DNA of 64,000 nt. It comes from a candidate division FCPU426 bacterium (GTDB lineage Bacteria; Oederibacteriota; PGYV01; Palsa-1178). Where the stretch lies: the NCBI GenBank assembly GCA_963840035.1, contig CAWIXE010000002.1, positions 160,001-224,000 on the forward strand. The letters run 5' to 3'. Both the position numbers and the translations under genes were made by a program. Below, one piece after another: positions 1 to 10,595 of the stretch (the first letter of the stretch is position 1; each line of letters starts with the position of its first letter). The notes beneath the pieces are model-generated. The model was not told the origin of the DNA. It searched no databases and worked only from the letters and a program-made list of their open reading frames with translations.

Positions 1-899
<899 letters not shown>

Positions 900-1094
900 T
901 TAAATATAAGGATCCTGCGGATAGAATCCGCAGGGTACCTTATGAAATAATAAGTGCAAGACGCTTATGTAACAAGAAATACCGACGAAATGTATTATCC
1001 TGCTGATAGCTGTATAAAAACGACTCAAGAGAATTGAGGTCGTAACAATAGACACCGTTCCCGGTGCAAACCGGGCGACGTTTGTCGAAGATAT

Positions 1095-1211
<117 letters not shown>

Positions 1212-1214
1212 CTT

Positions 1215-1250
1215 AAAAAAAGCCCGGTGGGGAAACCCACCGGGCTTTTT
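1215..1250 (+). terminator. Intrinsic terminator of the rRNA operon
   Basis: AAAAAAAGCCCGGTGG-ggaaac-CCACCGGGCTTTTT hairpin with T-run. Confidence 0.85.
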
Positions 1251-1268
1251 CATTTATATTGTAACGTA

Positions 1269-1307
1269 GTTTCCCCACCGGGCTTTTTTTAAGTCCAGCA
1301 ACGCCCT
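1269..1307 (-). repeat. Perfect 39-bp inverted copy of 1198-1236 (5S 3' end plus terminator left arm)
   Basis: GTTTCCCCACCGGGCTTTTTTTAAGTCCAGCAACGCCCT is the reverse complement of 1198-1236. Confidence 0.9.
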
Positions 1308-1313
1308 GCCTTC

Positions 1314-1517
1314 GTAGGGGCGGCCCCATGTGGCCGCCCGCAAGTTGTTGTTTTATGTTTCCGCGCAGGGTAGGGCAAAGCCCACCTACCCCCCCGTAGG
1401 GGCAGCTGTCTTTGTATAACCCGTTATTTAACATCTGTTTAGCCATATCTAACCCCGGCCACATTTTTGTCTTGTTCTTATACCCGCGTCCGGGCCGACA
1501 CACAGGTCGGCCCCTAC
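1314..1517. repeat. Cluster of GTAG-type REP palindromes
   Basis: GTAGGGGCGGCCCCATGTGGCCGCCC (1314) and GGGCCGACACACAGGTCGGCCCCTAC (1492-1517), plus degenerate copies at about 1370 and 1396. Confidence 0.85.
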
Positions 1518-1643
1518 AGGAGGATTTGGTTGAAGCTTATAGCATACTCATGCGCCAGATTGAGTGCGAATTTATAAATTTATTTCATTTTGTTACGTTT
1601 CTGGTATAATAAAAAATATAAAATTATTTCGGGGGTGGTGAAT

Positions 1644-2219
1644 ATGAAGCCGATTTTGACGCTAATTTTAGTATTTTGTTTTTGTTCCTGTATTTACGCT
1701 GATGAAATCGAAATAACAAAATCACCCAATGGGAAATATGCCTTTGAATATGTTCTAAATGGAAAAGAAAACAAGCTGATTAAAGGTTTTCAAAGTTATG
1801 ACTATGAGGACTATGATCTGAATATTTATGAAACAAAAACAAATAAAAAAATAAAGTCATGGGAAAGCGCTCCCTGGGTTGACTGCGTTAAATGGTCTCC
1901 GGACAGTAAATGGCTTTTGCTTCAGACGCATACCAGGTATAGTAGCGACATAAGCTTTATTAACATTAAAAATAAAGATGTTTTTAATGTTGATTTCTGG
2001 GGATATATTCTTTCAAATAAAAACAAATATGATTTCAAACCTACTGGAAATAATCCATATCCGTATGTTGATTTTACTTCTTGGGACTATGCGAAAAACA
2101 TAATTGAAGCAAAATATACGTTTAACGACGAGAACGGTGAGCGTAAAGGCAAGTTGTGGTACGATTTTAAAAAAAGGTATATTTTAGAACTAGTTGATGA
2201 CGGAATCGTTTCAGAATAA
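1644..2219 (+). CDS. Hypothetical exported protein, AT-rich, with a WD40/PD40-like 'WSPDSKW' motif
   Basis: Signal peptide MKPILTLILVFCFCSCIYA; GGTGG RBS before ATG 1644. Confidence 0.7.
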   Translation: MKPILTLILVFCFCSCIYADEIEITKSPNGKYAFEYVLNGKENKLIKGFQSYDYEDYDLNIYETKTNKKIKSWESAPWVDCVKWSPDSKWLLLQTHTRYSSDISFINIKNKDVFNVDFWGYILSNKNKYDFKPTGNNPYPYVDFTSWDYAKNIIEAKYTFNDENGERKGKLWYDFKKRYILELVDDGIVSE

Positions 2220-2259
2220 TAGGATTTTCTAATATTTAAAATATAGAGGGGTGTTCTTT

Positions 2260-2887
2260 ATGTCCGATTCCACAGGTCTGCCTTCCCGCAAACCCACACG
2301 CCTTAAATCCTTCAATTATTCCGCTGCCAGCCGTTATTTCATCACCATCTGCACGAACAAATGGGAGGAGCTCTTCTGGCTGGACAAAGACAACCTGAAC
2401 GCCGAACCATATACATGCTATTGTTGTGATTGAAAATCCCGCGTTGGCGGGCGGCCACATGGGGCCGCCCCTACAGGGAGGGTTTGGTGTTGTTGAACTA
2501 GACAAAAATACCCCGCTGGCGGGCGGCCACATGGGGCCGCCCCTACAGGGAGGTTTTGGTGTTACAAATCCCACACCTAATTCCCCTGTAGGGGCCGCTC
2601 CGTGTGGCGGCCCGAAACAGGGGTCTTTAAGCCAGATTATGGATTGGTATAAAACCATGACCACCAATGTCTATATCCGTGGGGTTAAAGAACACGGCTG
2701 GCCACGGTTCAAAGACAAGCTTTGGCAACGGTCTTTTAATGACCACATAATACGAAGCGAAAAGACCCATGACAATATAAGGGAATATATTTCCAGAAAT
2801 TCCTATATGTGGGAATTGGACGCGGAGAACAAACGGATAGATGCGGATAGGGAAAGGTATTATAAAAAGTTATACGAAGATAAATAG
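2260..2887 (+). pseudogene. REP-associated tyrosine transposase (RAYT/Y1, IS200-like), split by an internal deletion and frameshift
   Basis: N-terminal RKPTRLKSFNYS..YFITICT in one frame; HUH motif PNHIHAIVVI (2402-) and WQRSFNDHIIR..IREYI in another; REP copies inside and downstream. Confidence 0.85.
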
Positions 2888-2991
2888 CCCGCGTGACGGG
2901 CGGCCACATGGAGCCGCCCCTACAGGGAGGATTTTTTGGTGTAGAACCGACACTAAATTCCCCTGTAGGGGCCGCCCCATGTGGCGGCCCG
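2449..2991. repeat. Five REP copies forming two REPIN-like inverted doublets (2521-2614, 2898-2991)
   Basis: GGGCGGCCACATGGRGCCGCCCCTAC at 2449, 2521, 2898; inverted variants starting GTAGGGGCCGC at 2588 and 2965. Confidence 0.9.
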
Positions 2992-3237
2992 ACCAAAAGG
3001 CGCTTTGATCCTCCCGGGATTTGACTTCACCAGATTCATATGATATATATATAATTACCATACTAAATCCACTGCCCACTCTAAAAATGCCTATTTTTCT
3101 GGTTATATTAATGATACGCGAGGTTGCTGCATGAAAACCATCTTCAAATTTATCCTTGCCTGCGCCATGTGCGCGGGGATCGTGGCTGTTATTGTCATTG
3201 CCGTAAAATTCTTTACAAAATAGAAAGGAGGTATCCG

Positions 3238-3483
3238 ATGAAACTTAATATGGGGTTAATTGACAGGATAATCAGGGCTGTTATAGTGGCCGTTATCGCC
3301 GTGTTGTACTTCACCAAAACCATAAGTGGCACGGTCGCTATCGTGCTGGAAGTGGTTGCTGTGCTTTTTCTGCTCACAAGCATTATCGGCTGGTGCCCGA
3401 CCTACCATGTGCTCGGGCTTTCATCCATGACGAAAAAGGAAAAGGAAGCAATGGAAGCAAGAAAGGCAAAGAAACAGCAATAA
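3238..3483 (+). CDS. DUF2892 (YgaP-like) small membrane protein
   Basis: MKLNMGLIDRIIR...TSIIGWCPTYHVLGLSS pattern; AGGAGG RBS before ATG 3238. Confidence 0.85.
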   Translation: MKLNMGLIDRIIRAVIVAVIAVLYFTKTISGTVAIVLEVVAVLFLLTSIIGWCPTYHVLGLSSMTKKEKEAMEARKAKKQQ

Positions 3484-3513
3484 CCATACGCGTGCAAAAA
3501 AAATGGGGGCCGG

Positions 3514-4074
3514 GTGAAAAAACTTTACTTAAAAACAAGGGCTGCATGGCGTAAGTGGCTTAAAAAAAACTACAGGACAGCAAAGGAAATATGGCTCATG
3601 ACCCCCCATAAAAGCAGCGGTAAGCCGGGCGTGCTTTATAATGACGCTGTAGAGGTTGCCCTGTGCTTCGGATGGATAGACAGCACGGTCAGGAACATTA
3701 ACCCGGATTTTTCCGCGCAGAGATACTCGCCAAGGAATCCGCATACTGCTTATTCTCAGGCAAACATCGAGAGGCTGAAATTATTGTCAAAGCAGGGGCA
3801 GTTGGCGCCTGATGTCAAAAAATCAACGATAAGCGTCATTAAAAAAATTTTTACATTCCCCCGCGACATTATGGACGCCATCCGGGAAGATGAAACCGCA
3901 TGGAAAAACTTCGCGAAATTCCCCGCTGCATATAAAAGATTGCGTGTAGCGTTCGTGGAAGGGGCGCGGAAGAGGCCCGCGATGTTCAGGACGAGGCTTA
4001 AATACCTGACAAAAATGAGCCATGCCGGAAAAATGTTCGGTTACGGCGGCATAGATAAATACTATAAGAAATAA
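3514..4074 (+). CDS. YdeI/OmdA (OmpD-associated) family protein
   Basis: AWRKWL..EIWL..ALCFGWIDS..RYSPR motifs. Confidence 0.85.
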   Translation: MKKLYLKTRAAWRKWLKKNYRTAKEIWLMTPHKSSGKPGVLYNDAVEVALCFGWIDSTVRNINPDFSAQRYSPRNPHTAYSQANIERLKLLSKQGQLAPDVKKSTISVIKKIFTFPRDIMDAIREDETAWKNFAKFPAAYKRLRVAFVEGARKRPAMFRTRLKYLTKMSHAGKMFGYGGIDKYYKK

Positions 4075-4090
4075 TTTCAGAAGGGGAGAC

Positions 4091-4702
4091 ATGAGAAAAA
4101 TAATAGTAACGCAGTTCATGACCCTTGACGGCGTGGTACAGGCGCCGGGCGGGCCCGAAGAAGACACGGCCGGCGGTTTTAAATACGGTGGATGGTCTTT
4201 CAATTACTGGGATAAACTCTCGGGAGATATCATGGCCGGGTTCATGGGCATACCTTTTGAACTGCTCCTGGGCAGGCGTACTTATGACATATTTGCCGCG
4301 TACTGGCCCACGGCAAAGGAAGACCTTATAGTGGCGGATAAATTTAACGCAACAAAAAAATATGTAGTCTCGCATAAGGAGTTTGAGCCATCATGGAAGA
4401 ACACCATATGCGTCGCAGGCGATATACCCGCCCGGATAAAAGAACTGAAAGAAGCTGCCGGGCCCGATCTCTGGATACACGGAAGCGGGAATCTCATACA
4501 AACACTGCTTAAGAACCGGCTGATTGACAGGATGCACATCTGGACATGTCCTGTAACGTTAGGGACAGGCAAAAGGCTCTTTGCCGAAGGCACGCAGGCC
4601 CAGGATTTTAAGCTTGTTGAAACCAAAATTTCATCAAAAGGCGTGGTGATCGGCACATATGATCCGGCTGGCGGACTAAAACCGGGTTCGTTTGTCCCGT
4701 AG
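4091..4702 (+). CDS. Dihydrofolate reductase-like (RibD C-terminal) protein
   Basis: MTLDGVVQAPGG, LLGRRTY, HGSGNLIQTL, PVTLGTGKRLF. Confidence 0.9.
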   Translation: MRKIIVTQFMTLDGVVQAPGGPEEDTAGGFKYGGWSFNYWDKLSGDIMAGFMGIPFELLLGRRTYDIFAAYWPTAKEDLIVADKFNATKKYVVSHKEFEPSWKNTICVAGDIPARIKELKEAAGPDLWIHGSGNLIQTLLKNRLIDRMHIWTCPVTLGTGKRLFAEGTQAQDFKLVETKISSKGVVIGTYDPAGGLKPGSFVP

Positions 4703-4711
4703 AGCCGACGA

Positions 4712-4804
4712 CTTCTCCCCTTGGGAGAAAATCAGGATGAAGGGTAATCAAGCCCTGTTTTATTCCCCTCACCCCCAGCCCCTATCCCAAGAGGAGAGGG
4801 GAAG
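4712..4804. repeat. Palindromic element of the CCCTCACCCC..CCC..GGAGAGGG type (inverted pair)
   Basis: CTTCTCCCCTTGGGAGAA..GGATGAAGGG facing CCCTCACCCCCAGCCCCTATCCCAAGAGGAGAGGGGAAG; related half-copy at about 23110-23145. Confidence 0.6.
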
Positions 4805-4945
4805 CATAGGCGCAAAGAGATAGACATATTTAGTATAGGAAAAATGAAATTACACACTATTATATGCAGTATCACTGTAAACACCGCCCTTGAATTATCC
4901 CCGAAAAGGTCTATAATATCCATATTACGTAAATGAGGGGTGCTC

Positions 4946-5512
4946 ATGAAAACTCAGGTGAGGAACGGGCTGGTGCGGAACTTTAATGATTATGTTAAGG
5001 CCGTTTATGGGGCGGATAAGTACGGGATATGGCTTAATAACCTTAAACCCGCGGCAAAGGCTTTATACTCCGCGGGCAGGTTTGCGCAGCGGTGGTATGA
5101 CGCTGAGGAGTTTTATATAGAACCGGTCATAACCATGTGCAAGGTTTTTGACAAGGGGCATACTGACGCTGCATGGCACTCCGGCGTATGGGGCGTGGAA
5201 AGCTGGATGAAAGGCCGCATCAAATGGATGTTTGAAAAACTTAATACTGAAATGGTCATGAAGACATTACTCGTGCCCGCGGCGCTGCATTATTACAGGC
5301 CCGTAAAGATCGCGGAAATTTCGGTAAAGAAGGGCGAGGCCGCGATATATGTGGCGGGCATGGACAGTTCGGAGAGTCTGCTTGCCTTCAGGTTCGGCGG
5401 CGGCATGGAAAAGGCGCTGCAGATGAAGGGCTGCAGGGATGTGCTTGTGCAGACCGGAACCGCGAAAAGGAAAGGGCTGGAGTGCACGGCCTTTTTCATA
5501 AGCTGGAAATAA
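4946..5512 (+). CDS. Hypothetical protein, possibly V4R/H-NOX-like ligand-binding fold
   Basis: WY motif and C-terminal 'C.F.ISW' typical of such folds; GAGGGG RBS. Confidence 0.55.
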   Translation: MKTQVRNGLVRNFNDYVKAVYGADKYGIWLNNLKPAAKALYSAGRFAQRWYDAEEFYIEPVITMCKVFDKGHTDAAWHSGVWGVESWMKGRIKWMFEKLNTEMVMKTLLVPAALHYYRPVKIAEISVKKGEAAIYVAGMDSSESLLAFRFGGGMEKALQMKGCRDVLVQTGTAKRKGLECTAFFISWK

Positions 5513-5525
5513 TAAGAGAGGAAAT

Positions 5526-5873
5526 ATGGATAAACGCAAGGAACTTAAACTTCAATATAAGGAAACAAAACCCGTGGCAGGGGTTTATCAGATAAAAAAC
5601 ATCAGGAATGGGAAAATGCTTGTAGACTCACTGCCTGATATGCGCTCTTTTAACGGTAAAAAGTTCCAGCTTTCCATTGGCAAACATTTTAACGCGCGGC
5701 TCCAGGCCGAGTATAATGAATTTGGCGGGGACGCGTTTAGTTTTGATGTCCTTGAAACTTTAATGGAAAAGGATGAACCGGGGTTTGACAGGGAAAAGGA
5801 ACTGAAGAAACTTAAAGATAAGTGGATAGACACGCTAAAACCTTTTGATGAAAAAGGGTATAATACTAAATAA
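5526..5873 (+). CDS. GIY-YIG nuclease-superfamily small protein (LuxR-associated type)
   Basis: GVYQIKNIRNGK..HFNARLQAEYNEFG.DAFSFDVLE..KGYN. Confidence 0.8.
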   Translation: MDKRKELKLQYKETKPVAGVYQIKNIRNGKMLVDSLPDMRSFNGKKFQLSIGKHFNARLQAEYNEFGGDAFSFDVLETLMEKDEPGFDREKELKKLKDKWIDTLKPFDEKGYNTK

Positions 5874-5885
5874 CAGAGGTGGAAC

Positions 5886-6254
5886 ATGGGAAAACAGACG
5901 GTCGCAATACTCGGAGCAAGCCATAAACCACAGAGGTACGCGCACAAGGCAATGCTGGCATTATTAAAGGAAGGGCATAAGGTAATCCTTATTAACCCGG
6001 GGCTAAAGGAAATAGAGGGGATAGAATGCCTGAAATCCATCACTGATATTGCTGAAAAAGTGGATACCCTTACATTATATGTAGGCAAAGAAAAAGTGGA
6101 ATATCTGGCTGACAAGATAGTCGCGTTAAAGCCCGGCAGGATCATATCAAATCCTGGAACAGAGACGGAAGTGCTCAAAGAAATGGCGGAAAAGAACAAA
6201 ATTGAATACATGGAAGCATGCACGCTGGTAATGCTGAAAACAGGGCGGTTTTAA
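5886..6254 (+). CDS. CoA-binding protein (YccU-like)
   Basis: VAILGASHKPQRY, INPG, NPGTE, ACTLVML. Confidence 0.9.
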   Translation: MGKQTVAILGASHKPQRYAHKAMLALLKEGHKVILINPGLKEIEGIECLKSITDIAEKVDTLTLYVGKEKVEYLADKIVALKPGRIISNPGTETEVLKEMAEKNKIEYMEACTLVMLKTGRF

Positions 6255-6282
6255 TGTCTGATTACAGGTTTATGGGGCGCTG

Positions 6283-7701
6283 ATGGAAGACAGGGAAAAA
6301 CTTCAGAATGATTTCATAAAAATTGCGGCAGAGGAAATAAGGTTTAATAACCTGCGATTTGAAATATTTTACAAAATGACGCAGATGATGGGGCATGACG
6401 AAAAAGAATTAAAAGATTTTGCGCTGGAATCATGCGTCCAGGCGACAAAAAGTTCCATAGGGTACATATATTTTATGAATGAAGATGAGACTGAGTTAAG
6501 CCTTCATGCCTGGTCGAAAAGCGTCATGACGGAATGCGAAGTTGAGGCAGTTCCGGACGTTTATAAGGTGTCGGAGACGGGGCTCTGGGGCGACGCGGCG
6601 CGGCTGAGAAGGCCTGTCATCACAAACGATTATGACGCGCCGAATCCTTCAAAAAAAGGCTTGCCAAAAGGCCACGTGCCTTTGCAAAGGCACATGAGTA
6701 TCCCGCTGATTGACAACGGTAAAATAGTGCTTTTGGCCGGGGTGGGAAACAAAAAGGCGCCTTATGTGGATGATGATATAAAGTCTATGACTGTTATTAT
6801 GGAGACTATGTGGCGCATTATTCAAAAGAGAAAAGCGGAAGAGTCACAGAAAAAATACGGACAGGACCTTGAAGCGGCCATTAATGAAAAAACTGCGGAA
6901 CTAAAGGCGTCAAAGGAAGAGCTTAAGTTCAATTATGAAAAGCTTCTTGAAACGGAAAAAATAAAAAGCAACTTTCTTTCCATTGTGTCGCATGAGCTCC
7001 GCACGCCGATGACATCTATAAAAGGTTTCCTTTCGTTCATGTTAGCCGGTGCTGCCGGGCCTTTAAATGATAAGCAGAAAGAATACCTTAATATAATTAA
7101 AAACAACTCAAACAGGCTTTTATCCCTGATAAATGAGCTGCTCGACGTGTCCAGGATGGAGGCTGGTACTTTCTCGATAAACATGAAAATGTTCGACCTT
7201 GTGCTCATACTTGATGAATCCATAAAGGATATCATGTCACTGGCGGAAAATAAAAAGATCAGGATCAGGAAAGTGACGGCTGTTGAAAAGCTTGATATAA
7301 AGATAGACGAGTACAGGATATCGCAGTCCATATTAAACCTGCTCAGCAACGCCGTTAAATTTTCCCCGCAGGGGACGGAAATAACGGCAGGATTGGCGCT
7401 GAAAAAACGCAGGGAAATCGATTTGCCTGTGTATGTCAGCCTGGAAGGCAGCGCGGAAAAAAAATACGCTGTGATATATGTAAAAGACAGCGGATTTGGC
7501 ATGGAAAAAAAGAGCTTGCCTCTTTTGTTCAGGCGTTTTTATCAGGTGGATGACATAAATACAAGGCGCTATGAAGGCGCCGGGTTGGGGCTTGCTATAA
7601 CAAAGGAAATTGTAATAGCTCACGGAGGCATGGCCTGGGCTGATTCGGAAGGGCCGGGAAAGGGCTCCACTTTTTTTATTGCTTTGCCGTATAATACGTA
7701 A
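6283..7701 (+). CDS. Cytoplasmic GAF-domain sensor histidine kinase
   Basis: GAF (PVITNDY..GLPKGHVPL), H-box SHELRTP, N-box NLLSNAVKF, G boxes DSGFG and GAGLGL. Confidence 0.93.
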   Translation: MEDREKLQNDFIKIAAEEIRFNNLRFEIFYKMTQMMGHDEKELKDFALESCVQATKSSIGYIYFMNEDETELSLHAWSKSVMTECEVEAVPDVYKVSETGLWGDAARLRRPVITNDYDAPNPSKKGLPKGHVPLQRHMSIPLIDNGKIVLLAGVGNKKAPYVDDDIKSMTVIMETMWRIIQKRKAEESQKKYGQDLEAAINEKTAELKASKEELKFNYEKLLETEKIKSNFLSIVSHELRTPMTSIKGFLSFMLAGAAGPLNDKQKEYLNIIKNNSNRLLSLINELLDVSRMEAGTFSINMKMFDLVLILDESIKDIMSLAENKKIRIRKVTAVEKLDIKIDEYRISQSILNLLSNAVKFSPQGTEITAGLALKKRREIDLPVYVSLEGSAEKKYAVIYVKDSGFGMEKKSLPLLFRRFYQVDDINTRRYEGAGLGLAITKEIVIAHGGMAWADSEGPGKGSTFFIALPYNT

Positions 7702-7823
7702 AAGTGCATAATTCGGGTTTTGCGTATAATGAGCGGTTTTTTCCCCGTTGACTGTTTTTAAAAGAATGATATAATTAGGCTGTTTTATTAATCGATATAC
7801 CATTTCACAGGGAGGTTTTTATA

Positions 7824-8060
7824 ATGGGTAAATTTGGGATTGCGGTATATGTCGGAGTCGTAGGTCTTTTAACAGGCGTTGTAATAGGCGAATTCTTTCC
7901 TAAACTTTTTAACGATAATCTCATGGGTTCTATCGGCAGCGCTGTAAGCGAGCCGTTTTCAAGATACAGGAATGAACTGGCCATTAAATACGCCCTTATC
8001 GGCCTCGCAATCGGCGCGGTAATCGGCATCGGCCTGGCTTTATTATCCAAGAAAAAGTAA
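7824..8060 (+). CDS. Small two-TM hypothetical protein
   Basis: GGAGG RBS; two hydrophobic segments. Confidence 0.7.
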   Translation: MGKFGIAVYVGVVGLLTGVVIGEFFPKLFNDNLMGSIGSAVSEPFSRYRNELAIKYALIGLAIGAVIGIGLALLSKKK

Positions 8061-8083
8061 TAAACAATCCCCCGGAGGGAAAT

Positions 8084-9435
8084 ATGAAAAAGAGAATTCT
8101 TTTATTATTGGCATTTATATTTGTCATATCATTCGGCGTTTTTGCCGAAGATCCCATGCTTCCAGGCGACCCGGGAATGGGCGACCCGATGGCTTCAGAT
8201 CCGGGAATGGGTATGGATCCTATGGCTTCTGACCCTGGAATGGGTGCGGATCCAATGGCTTCTGATCCGGGTATGGATCCGGGAGCAGGATTATCCGGTG
8301 ACGCGGGAGCAATGCCCGGAGGCGATATCGCAGGCGCTGACCTTATGCCTGCTGACCCGTCAATGGGAGCGGACCCGGCTGCGGGCGCTGACATGGGAAT
8401 GGGCGCAGACCCGGCAATGGGTGCGGACCCGGCTGCGGGAATGCCCGGAGACGCGACAGGCGCGGACATGATGGGCGCTGATATGGGGACAGGGACTGAC
8501 CAGGCTTTAATGACGCCGGACACCGGAGCGGATATAACAGGAGGAGCGGGAATAACCGACCCGTCAATGGACCCGGGAGTGGCGGAGCACGGCGATTTTG
8601 CCGCGCAGGGAAATTTAGACAGCAATAATCAGCAGGTAACACCTGACAATATGGGCACGCCGGGCGATGACCCCATGGCTGGCATGGGCATGGATTCCGG
8701 AATGGGTCTGCCGGGAGGCGCGGCGCAGAGCAGGCAGCGCCTGTAACGGCCGGGGGATCCCTTCCCGCACTTCCTTCAACGTCATCATCTAAAAGCAAAA
8801 GTACTCCTTATTATAAAGCGGTACCGCTTACAAACGAACTCAGGGTAATGGATAAAAAGACCGGAGAACTCGGCCAGCAGTATTCTTTGAAAAGGTTCAT
8901 GGGATGGATGACTGAAAGTTCATCGCAGATGAAGTCAAAACACGGTGCCATGAATACGCAGGATTTAAACGCGTATACGGCATGGGTTACAAATAAGGGC
9001 AATAATGGAGTGGGACAGTCGTTGACGCTGGATTTTTCACCCATATATTTTGCGTCCATGCAGGAAGGCGAGATAGGGGCCGCGAAAATCACGGGGATAA
9101 AAATAATTAACGGCTATAACAGGTCAAAAGAAGACTGGACAAATAACGCGCGCGTGCGCACCATGAGGATATATAAAAACGACAAAGTGTTCTGCAATAT
9201 AGAGCTTTATGACACCACAAACTGGCAGGAGATAAAGTTTAAGAAAGCCATGATAGTAAGGCCCGGCGACGTAATGAAGGCAAAGATTACCGATTATTTT
9301 GAAGGTTACATGTACCCGAACGCCGCAATAACTGAGTTCCTGCCTGTGGGCGCGCCGGACGGCGTGGTTGTGGGCGCGGAATACATGGACGGAAAACCGC
9401 TGACCAGCGTGCGAAACGGCGGGATGTACGATTAA
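8084..9435 (+). pseudogene. Exported protein: Met/Gly/Asp/Pro-rich repeats plus discoidin-like (NADase-type glycan-binding) domain; apparent 1-nt frameshift near 8722
   Basis: ORF 8084-8746 has a signal peptide and DPM..DPG repeats. The frame of ORF 8848-9435 is already open at about 8722 (AEQAAPVTAGG...) and contains AW..GVGQSLTL..IINGYN..W..NARV. Confidence 0.7.
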
Positions 9436-9459
9436 AAACGGATTCCAGATTCTGGATTC

Positions 9460-10515
9460 TTGAATTCAAGGTAAAAGTGCAACACTTCTGTTAAAATCTT
9501 TATGTCGAGTAAAGAATACAGAAGGAGGTTGCACCAATGAAATTATACAAGCATTTAGGCATAGAAGAAAGAGCAAAAATTGTTATTTTACAGGACCAAG
9601 GGTTCACAGTTGGTGAAATAGCAGCTGAGCTTGGAAGACACAGATCCACGATACACAGAGAAATAACTAGGAACAGCAACATAGAAACCGGAGAATATGT
9701 TGCTAGAGATGCAAACACATCATACAGACGAAGATTAAGTGTCCCCCAGGGCAGAATAAGGGATACAGCAATAAAGTCGTATGTGATAGATAAACTTAAA
9801 AACGGTTGGTCTCCTGAAAGAATTTCAGGAAGGATAGCGGAAGAACTACCGGGAAAAAGTATTAGTACTGAAACAATATACATGTTTGTATATAAAGAAG
9901 AGCCGGGATTTAGAGGATGTTTAACTAGGCACCACATGAAAAGGCACTTAAAAGGTCAGAGAAAGACGCATACAAAAGGTCGTATACCCAATAAAACATC
10001 AATAGAATTAAGGCCTAAACAAATAGACGAACGTAAACAGGTCGGGCATTGGGAAAGCGACACAATGGCTGGATTACAAAAGAAAAATTCAGGACTAACC
10101 TTTACAGTGGAAAGAAAAACACGGTTAACGAAGATATATAAGTTAAGAGTAATAACCGCAAGGCATAACAGAAGAAACATAATGAAATCATTACGAAGTG
10201 TGCCTGAAGGCGTTCGGTTAAGCATAACTTATGACAACGGAAAAGAAAATGTTGAGCACGAAAAGATTAATAAACAGATAGGGTGTAAATCATACTTTTG
10301 CCATGAAAAAAGTCCCTATGAAAAAGGCACGGTTGAGAACACAATAGGATTGGCGAGAAGGATATACCCAAAAGGCACAGACTTTGATATGATAAGCTCC
10401 GGCAGGATAAAAGAACTTGAAAATTGGCTGAATAATTTACCAAGGAAATGTTTGGGCTGGAAAACTCCAAACGAAGCATTTAACAAGATGTGTTGCACTT
10501 AAACATTGAATGTAG
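9460..10515 (+). mobile_element. IS30-family insertion sequence (copy 1)
   Basis: Imperfect ~26-bp terminal IRs ATTCAAGGTAAAAGTGCAACAC / GTGTTGCACTTAAACATTGAAT around a DDE transposase; exact ends uncertain by a few bp. Confidence 0.88.
9537..10502 (+). CDS. IS30-family transposase
   Basis: HTH IAAELGRHRSTIHREI, WSPERI, GHWESDT, TYDNGKE, EKGTVEN, PRKCLGWKTP. Confidence 0.95.
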   Translation: MKLYKHLGIEERAKIVILQDQGFTVGEIAAELGRHRSTIHREITRNSNIETGEYVARDANTSYRRRLSVPQGRIRDTAIKSYVIDKLKNGWSPERISGRIAEELPGKSISTETIYMFVYKEEPGFRGCLTRHHMKRHLKGQRKTHTKGRIPNKTSIELRPKQIDERKQVGHWESDTMAGLQKKNSGLTFTVERKTRLTKIYKLRVITARHNRRNIMKSLRSVPEGVRLSITYDNGKENVEHEKINKQIGCKSYFCHEKSPYEKGTVENTIGLARRIYPKGTDFDMISSGRIKELENWLNNLPRKCLGWKTPNEAFNKMCCT

Positions 10516-10550
10516 CATTCTAAATTTTGAATTAAAACGAAAAGCATATA

Positions 10551-10576
10551 AAAGGCGGCGCGAAAACGCCGCCTTT
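10551..10576. terminator. Hairpin / probable terminator
   Basis: AAAGGCGGCG-cgaaaa-CGCCGCCTTT. Confidence 0.55.
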
Positions 10577-10595
10577 ATTTTTGAAGGAGTTAAAT

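Noticed and set aside
900..1094. tRNA or ncRNA in the 23S-5S spacer
   Set aside because: Hairpins are present (about 912-936 and 1051-1086), but there is no cloverleaf or TTCGA T-loop; probably processing stems.
2251..2887. Autonomous IS200/IS605 element with TnpB
   Set aside because: No tnpB; the Y1 gene is broken and associated with multiple REPs.
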